Shown: positions 59,264 through 64,000 of the stretch, in pieces
Layout of the letters: every line of letters starts with the position of its first letter
How positions within the stretch are numbered: the stretch's first letter is position 1
DNA from: an uncultured delta proteobacterium
GTDB lineage: Bacteria > Desulfobacterota > Binatia > UBA9968
Length of the DNA: 64,000 bases
Assembly: GCA_963727625.1 (NCBI GenBank)
Contig: CAVSHR010000002.1
Span: 288,001-352,000 of the forward strand
Reading direction: 5' to 3'
The notes under the pieces: model-generated
Databases searched by the model: none
What the model was told of the DNA's origin: nothing
The model's input: only the letters and a program-made list of their open reading frames with translations
Program-made: the position numbers and the translations under genes

Positions 59264-60519
59264 ATGGACGGCTTCCTCGACGTGTAGTTGTCACCGGGCT
59301 GGGGATTTTATCATCCATCGGTATTGGTAAGCATGAGTTTTGGCAAGGGATTCGGTCCAATCAATGCGGTATCGGACCGATCACGCTTTTTAACGCCGAA
59401 TCTTTCACGGTCAGAATCGCGGGCGAAATCAAAGGTTTCGATGGCCATGATTTTTTCCCTCATGAGGTCGTGCGAAAGATCGACCGCTTCGCTTTACTTG
59501 GTTTAGCGGCTGCAAAGGAAGCAATCGGTGACTCGGGTCTGGAAGGCGAGTTCCGTAACGGCGCAGGTGGAAATGCTTGTGTTCTCGTCGCGTCCTCGAT
59601 CGGGGCACTGGCGCACGCGGAGCGGACCCATAAGATTTTTGTTGAAAAGGGATCGCGCAGAATCTCTCCATATTTTAATGCCAATGTAATCCCCAGCAGT
59701 TGCGCAACCCAAATCGCGCTGAAGTTTGGAATTCACGGAGACGTGCAAACGATCACCACGGCTTGTGCTTCCGGCACGACTGCCATCGGAGAGGCTTTCC
59801 ACAAGATTCGTGCTGGTCAAATTGACATGGCTGTCACAGGGGCATCGGAGACTCCCGTAACGCCGCTGGTAATTTCTACATTTTCCACCGTTGGTTTGCT
59901 ATCCACCGACAACGATTCGCCAAAGAGCGCCTGCCGGCCATTTAGTCGCGACCGCAACGGGACCGTTATTGCGGAAGGAGCCGGGATGGTCATATTGGAA
60001 GAACTCAATCACGCGCTATCGCGGGGCGCGCATATTTATGGCGAGATCATCGGCTATGGCTCGACATTCGACAGTTATCATGTCTTGCAGCCGTTGCCGA
60101 GCGCTCAATTCGCGGCGGAGGCTATTACAAAGGCGTTGGCCGACGGCGGGGTGATGCCGCAGGAGGTTGATTATTGCAATGCTCACGGCACCGCATCCTC
60201 ATTCAATGATAGAACTGAAACGATTGCGATCAAGCGGGCTTTCGGAGAGCACGCGCATCGTTTACCCATCAGTTCGACAAAGTCGCTTATCGGACACACG
60301 ATGGGTGCAGCTGGAGCCCTCGAATTTATCGCTTGCATTTTGATGTTAGAAAAGTGCTACATCCACCCCACACTGAATCTCCGCGAGCCTGATCCAGAGT
60401 GTGATTTGGACTATGTTCCCCTGCGTGGCCGGGAACAAGAATTGCGAACGGTCGTATCAAATTCTACAGGTTTCGGTGGATACAACGCTGCCTGCGTAAT
60501 CAGGAAATTTGAAAGATAG
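59260..60519 (+). CDS. Stand-alone beta-ketoacyl synthase (FabF-like)
   Basis: RRVVVTGLG, TACASG, NAHGT and KSLIGH give a Cys-His-His triad; SNSTGFGG; ATGA overlap with the methyltransferase. Confidence 0.9.
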   Translation: MNGRLPRRVVVTGLGILSSIGIGKHEFWQGIRSNQCGIGPITLFNAESFTVRIAGEIKGFDGHDFFPHEVVRKIDRFALLGLAAAKEAIGDSGLEGEFRNGAGGNACVLVASSIGALAHAERTHKIFVEKGSRRISPYFNANVIPSSCATQIALKFGIHGDVQTITTACASGTTAIGEAFHKIRAGQIDMAVTGASETPVTPLVISTFSTVGLLSTDNDSPKSACRPFSRDRNGTVIAEGAGMVILEELNHALSRGAHIYGEIIGYGSTFDSYHVLQPLPSAQFAAEAITKALADGGVMPQEVDYCNAHGTASSFNDRTETIAIKRAFGEHAHRLPISSTKSLIGHTMGAAGALEFIACILMLEKCYIHPTLNLREPDPECDLDYVPLRGREQELRTVVSNSTGFGGYNAACVIRKFER

Positions 60520-60524
60520 TTTCT

Positions 60525-62687
60525 TTGTACGCGCTCAACTTCATCGTCGGTGCTGTTTTCACCCTCGTCGCTGGCCTGTTTGTCTTTATTCGCGGCGAGT
60601 CCCGGTCCATGACGAGGCGGGCATGGCTTTTTCTTTGTCTAGCTACGAGTATTTGGCATCTCGGTCGTTTCCTGATTGCTATTTCCGGATCTCCGACGAC
60701 GGCAAACCGTGTTGTCTATTTGATCTATCTCGGCGCGATATTTATACCGCCTCTATACCTGCATTTCTCGCTTTCCTTGCTGAATGAAGAAACTGTCCAA
60801 CGTCGATATTTGGTTGTTGCCTATTCAATTGCTGGAATCGAAATAATTCTTTTGTTTAGCGGTCGTCTGACTTCCGGTGTTCGTTTGGACCCGGCTCTTG
60901 GGTACTATGAAATCCCGTCGACGATTTACATCTTGCATTTTTTGGCCTTTGTTCTGGTCCCGACGTACGGACTGTTAAAACTGGTAGCGCATTATCGCGC
61001 TAGCGATTTGCCGGTTAAGAAGAACCAATTAAAATACGTGATCTTTGCCAGCTTGATCGGGTTCCTTGGTGGTGGCACTTCGTTCTTGCCGATAATTCAA
61101 GCGCCAATTCCGCCTTTTGGTGCACCGCTAACCTATTTTTATACATTTCCAATTGCGTACGCGATTGCGCGTTACCGATTAATGGATATCGGCGTTGTAT
61201 TGCGAAAGGGGCTGATTTACGCGCTGCTCCTCCTCGCGTTGCTGGCGCCCTGTTTCGCGGTGGTGGTGATCAGCCAATATTTCGTCTTCGGAAGCATCAG
61301 CTATTCATTCTCAATCATAACTCTATTCTTGTTGACAGTTGTCGGATTCTTATTCCCTAAACTTCGATTCAAAACGGAAGACGCGCTTGAGCGCGCCCTA
61401 TTTAAGAAAAAATCAGATTTTCGAGAAACACTCCTCCAGTCAAGTAGAGACATGGTCTCGATTGTCGACATCAGAGCTCTTTCAAACAACCTCGTCCAAA
61501 CGATTGGCAAGTCCCTTGGAGTGGAGAAGGTCTCTTTGCTGCTCAAAAATGAGACTAATGGAAGCTATCGATTGGAGGCGTTTGTCGGGTTGAATTTTGA
61601 TCTGCCTGAAGGGGTTTCTCTATCCAAGGACGGACCCTTGATTCAAATTCTTCAAAGCAGACGGGAAGGGATCGTTAAAGAAGAACTTGAATGGGTGCCG
61701 GTCGGCCCCAACACTCCCAATACTATCGATACGATGGCCAAATTAGGCGCGGAACTCAGTTTGCCAATTATTTCGAAGGAGAAACTCATCGGGATCCTTA
61801 ACCTCGGCCAGAAGGATGACCAAACCATCTATTCCAGCGAAGACTTGGAGCTTCTCTCGACATTGGCAAATCAGGCGGCGATTGCGATCGAGAACGCGCG
61901 CCTTTATGAGAACCTAAAACAGTCTCAAGATACTCTGAGACGTGCGGATCGGCTGTCGTCCTTGGGGCTGCTGACCGCGGGTCTGGCCCATGAAATTCGC
62001 AACCCTTTGGTGGCGATCCGGACTTTTACCCAGTTGCTGCCGGAGCGCTACGACGACGCCGAGTTCCGCGAGGGTTTCCAGGGGCTCGCCCTTAAGGAAG
62101 TCGATCGGATTTGCGGCCTAATAAGCGATCTTTTGAGCTTTGCACGCCCATCTAAACCGAATGTGGCCCCAGAAAACATCAACGACATCGTCGACAATAT
62201 CGCGCGGATTCTGGAGACCCAGGCGAAGGAAAAAAATGTCGAAATTGTTCATGATTTTGGCGCCGATTTGCCCAAGGTGTGGATTGACAGAGAGCAGATG
62301 AAGCAGGTATTTATGAACCTCATTCTGAATGCTATTCAGGCCATGCAAGAAGGTGGATCGATCAGTATCGCGACCCGCGCAGTATCAAGGAGCGGAACTG
62401 AACCTTCAGGAGAATTCGTGCAGATCGAAGTTCGCGACACCGGCATCGGAATCCCGGAAGCAAATTTGCAGCATATTTTTGACCCTTTCTTTACCAGCAA
62501 GGACGAAGGCAGCGGGTTGGGTCTAGCAGTGTCGCATCAGATCGTGCAAGAACATGGCGGCTTTGTTACCGTCGAAAGCACGAAAGGTAAGGGAACCGCA
62601 TTTTTTGTCCATATTCCTATCGGCAAGCCGAACCGTTCGGCGAACAGTCTGCGCGCTCAAGTGAATGAAGCGAATCTTAGTCATTGA
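60525..62687 (+). CDS. Membrane sensor histidine kinase (multi-TM N-terminus, GAF, HisKA, HATPase)
   Basis: About 270 aa hydrophobic N-terminus; GAF end LANQAAIAIENARLY; LAHEIRNPL; NLILNA; DTGIGI; FDPFFT; GSGLGL. Confidence 0.92.
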   Translation: MYALNFIVGAVFTLVAGLFVFIRGESRSMTRRAWLFLCLATSIWHLGRFLIAISGSPTTANRVVYLIYLGAIFIPPLYLHFSLSLLNEETVQRRYLVVAYSIAGIEIILLFSGRLTSGVRLDPALGYYEIPSTIYILHFLAFVLVPTYGLLKLVAHYRASDLPVKKNQLKYVIFASLIGFLGGGTSFLPIIQAPIPPFGAPLTYFYTFPIAYAIARYRLMDIGVVLRKGLIYALLLLALLAPCFAVVVISQYFVFGSISYSFSIITLFLLTVVGFLFPKLRFKTEDALERALFKKKSDFRETLLQSSRDMVSIVDIRALSNNLVQTIGKSLGVEKVSLLLKNETNGSYRLEAFVGLNFDLPEGVSLSKDGPLIQILQSRREGIVKEELEWVPVGPNTPNTIDTMAKLGAELSLPIISKEKLIGILNLGQKDDQTIYSSEDLELLSTLANQAAIAIENARLYENLKQSQDTLRRADRLSSLGLLTAGLAHEIRNPLVAIRTFTQLLPERYDDAEFREGFQGLALKEVDRICGLISDLLSFARPSKPNVAPENINDIVDNIARILETQAKEKNVEIVHDFGADLPKVWIDREQMKQVFMNLILNAIQAMQEGGSISIATRAVSRSGTEPSGEFVQIEVRDTGIGIPEANLQHIFDPFFTSKDEGSGLGLAVSHQIVQEHGGFVTVESTKGKGTAFFVHIPIGKPNRSANSLRAQVNEANLSH

Positions 62688-64000
62688 CGAATCGGAGGTT
62701 GTCCGGGAGACCTTGGCGCTCATTCTTGGGAGGGAATTTGACGTCGTAAAGCGACCCCTTAGCACACGGGATTTCCCACTCGCCGCGGCGCGCGAAGCGG
62801 TCGACCTACTCATCCTCGGTGTGACGCCACAGTTGGGAATGGAGACGGCAGCGTTGTTGCGTTTTGCCGCTCAGTTGCCCTTCGCGATGCTATTGTTGGT
62901 GGATTCGAAAACGGTAGCGCGGGCGATTCAAGAAGAAACAGAGATCGGTTGTCTCACCAAGCCTTTCAATCCCTACGAGCTCCATGAAAAAGTCGCGAGC
63001 TTGCTGGCGCGGCGGATGTCGTTTCCGAAGCCGGCCATTTTGCGTGGCGCGCCGGAGCCGAAAGATTGCTCGGCTTATTTGGATTTCCCTTTTCTCAGCC
63101 GGAGCGCGGCGCTGCTGGCGCGACGCTTCGCGGCGGCGCGCTTGCCGCTGCTGATCTCCGGGGAGCTGGGTTGCGGCCAAGATCAAGTGGTTTCTGGAAT
63201 TTGCGGGCTCGATAACCTGTCAAATTTACGGCTCACCATCAACGCCGCCGAGGCGAGCGCCGAATACCTGACTCAAAAGCGCCACCAGCTGTCGTTGCAA
63301 GCGGAATTCGATACAACGTCGATCACACTGGTCATTGAAAATCTCGACAAGTGTTCGCCGGCTGGTCAGTCTCTGCTATTGAATTTCTTGGCGGAGGCAG
63401 AGGGTAAAGCGACCGGCATCCACTACTTGACCACGGCCCATGCAGACCTATTGGAAAAAGTTTATCGCGGCGAGCTGCTCGATGCCTTGTACTACAAGTT
63501 GGCTACGCTGACGCTGAAATTACCGCCCTTAAGGGAACGGTTGGACGATTTGCCGGTTTTGGCCGATTGGTTTGCCCGCGACTACGCTAGAAAACTTGGA
63601 TTGCCCGAGCCTACTATTTTACCGGAAGCGCATCTGCGGTTGAGAAATTACCTATGGTTCGGCAACTTGAGGGAAATGGAAACCGTATTGGCGCGCACCC
63701 TGGCGTTTCACCGTCAACCGCAGATCGACGGCGCCGATCTGATTTTCGATTTCAGTCCGATGCCGCAAGCGGGCCCGCTCAGCAATAGCGCTGAGCTTGC
63801 GCCCAGCGGCACTCAAACGGACCGAGCAGAAGCGGAGCCGAGGCTGGAGATTTATCGCGGCGCGCAGGCTTCCAACGGTTCCATCAACGGCCACGCAAAT
63901 TCGGTCGAATTAAACGCGGTTATTCATGAGCTCGCCCACGAATTCAAGAATCCCATGGTGACGATCAAAACCTTCGCGCAGTTGTTGGGGGACCGTTATC
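62665..64000 (+). CDS. Pseudo-receiver / degenerate sigma54-type AAA+ / HisKA hybrid protein (3'-truncated by window; absent from ORF track)
   Basis: Manual translation is stop-free for 445 codons: MKRILVIDESEVVRETL...DLLILG...TKPF...ISGELGCGQD...LPPLRERLDDL...WFGNLREME...LAHEFKNPMVTIKTFAQLL; overlaps the kinase end by 23 nt. Confidence 0.85.
   Translation, partial: MKRILVIDESEVVRETLALILGREFDVVKRPLSTRDFPLAAAREAVDLLILGVTPQLGMETAALLRFAAQLPFAMLLLVDSKTVARAIQEETEIGCLTKPFNPYELHEKVASLLARRMSFPKPAILRGAPEPKDCSAYLDFPFLSRSAALLARRFAAARLPLLISGELGCGQDQVVSGICGLDNLSNLRLTINAAEASAEYLTQKRHQLSLQAEFDTTSITLVIENLDKCSPAGQSLLLNFLAEAEGKATGIHYLTTAHADLLEKVYRGELLDALYYKLATLTLKLPPLRERLDDLPVLADWFARDYARKLGLPEPTILPEAHLRLRNYLWFGNLREMETVLARTLAFHRQPQIDGADLIFDFSPMPQAGPLSNSAELAPSGTQTDRAEAEPRLEIYRGAQASNGSINGHANSVELNAVIHELAHEFKNPMVTIKTFAQLLGDRY

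Noticed and set aside
1-64000. CRISPR arrays, rRNA, IS elements, riboswitches
   Set aside because: No repeat-spacer periodicity, rRNA sequence, transposase motif or recognisable riboswitch consensus found by eye; an Infernal/Rfam scan would be needed to exclude structured RNAs

Overview
A GC-rich bacterial chromosomal window from a diderm (it encodes TolC, MlaA and FadL). The gene content resembles Deltaproteobacteria-like lineages such as Candidatus Binatia, but that is inference only. Positions 1-55.6 kb are mostly housekeeping and catabolic genes: ChdC/HemQ-like, UbiD, an M16 peptidase pair, CCA enzyme, a molybdo-hydroxylase large subunit, a TctA-TctB fusion, ALDH plus class III aminotransferase, a family-B DNA polymerase, PAC2, TrmI, ManC, RluA, TolC, MlaA, coaBC, UDG, nfeD-slipin, queA-tgt-yajC-secDF-recJ, two tandem APC/KUP-like+USP transporters, gltX with tRNA-Gln/tRNA-Glu, and glnS. 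Two pseudogenes that the ORF track does not resolve were read from the DNA: a TctC remnant and a DUF4416-like gene. The last ~8.3 kb is partly more AT-rich by eye and is the most interesting part. It holds a membrane desaturase and FadL, divergent from a tightly packed operon: HTH_17 regulator, ICMT-type methyltransferase, stand-alone ketosynthase, 7TM-GAF histidine kinase, and an unlisted ORF running off the edge with a pseudo-receiver / degenerate sigma54-AAA+ / HisKA architecture. This is a candidate lipid-signal synthesis-and-sensing (quorum-sensing-like) system. No CRISPR array, integrase, transposase or rRNA was seen. All family calls are from motif recognition by eye; no searches were run.
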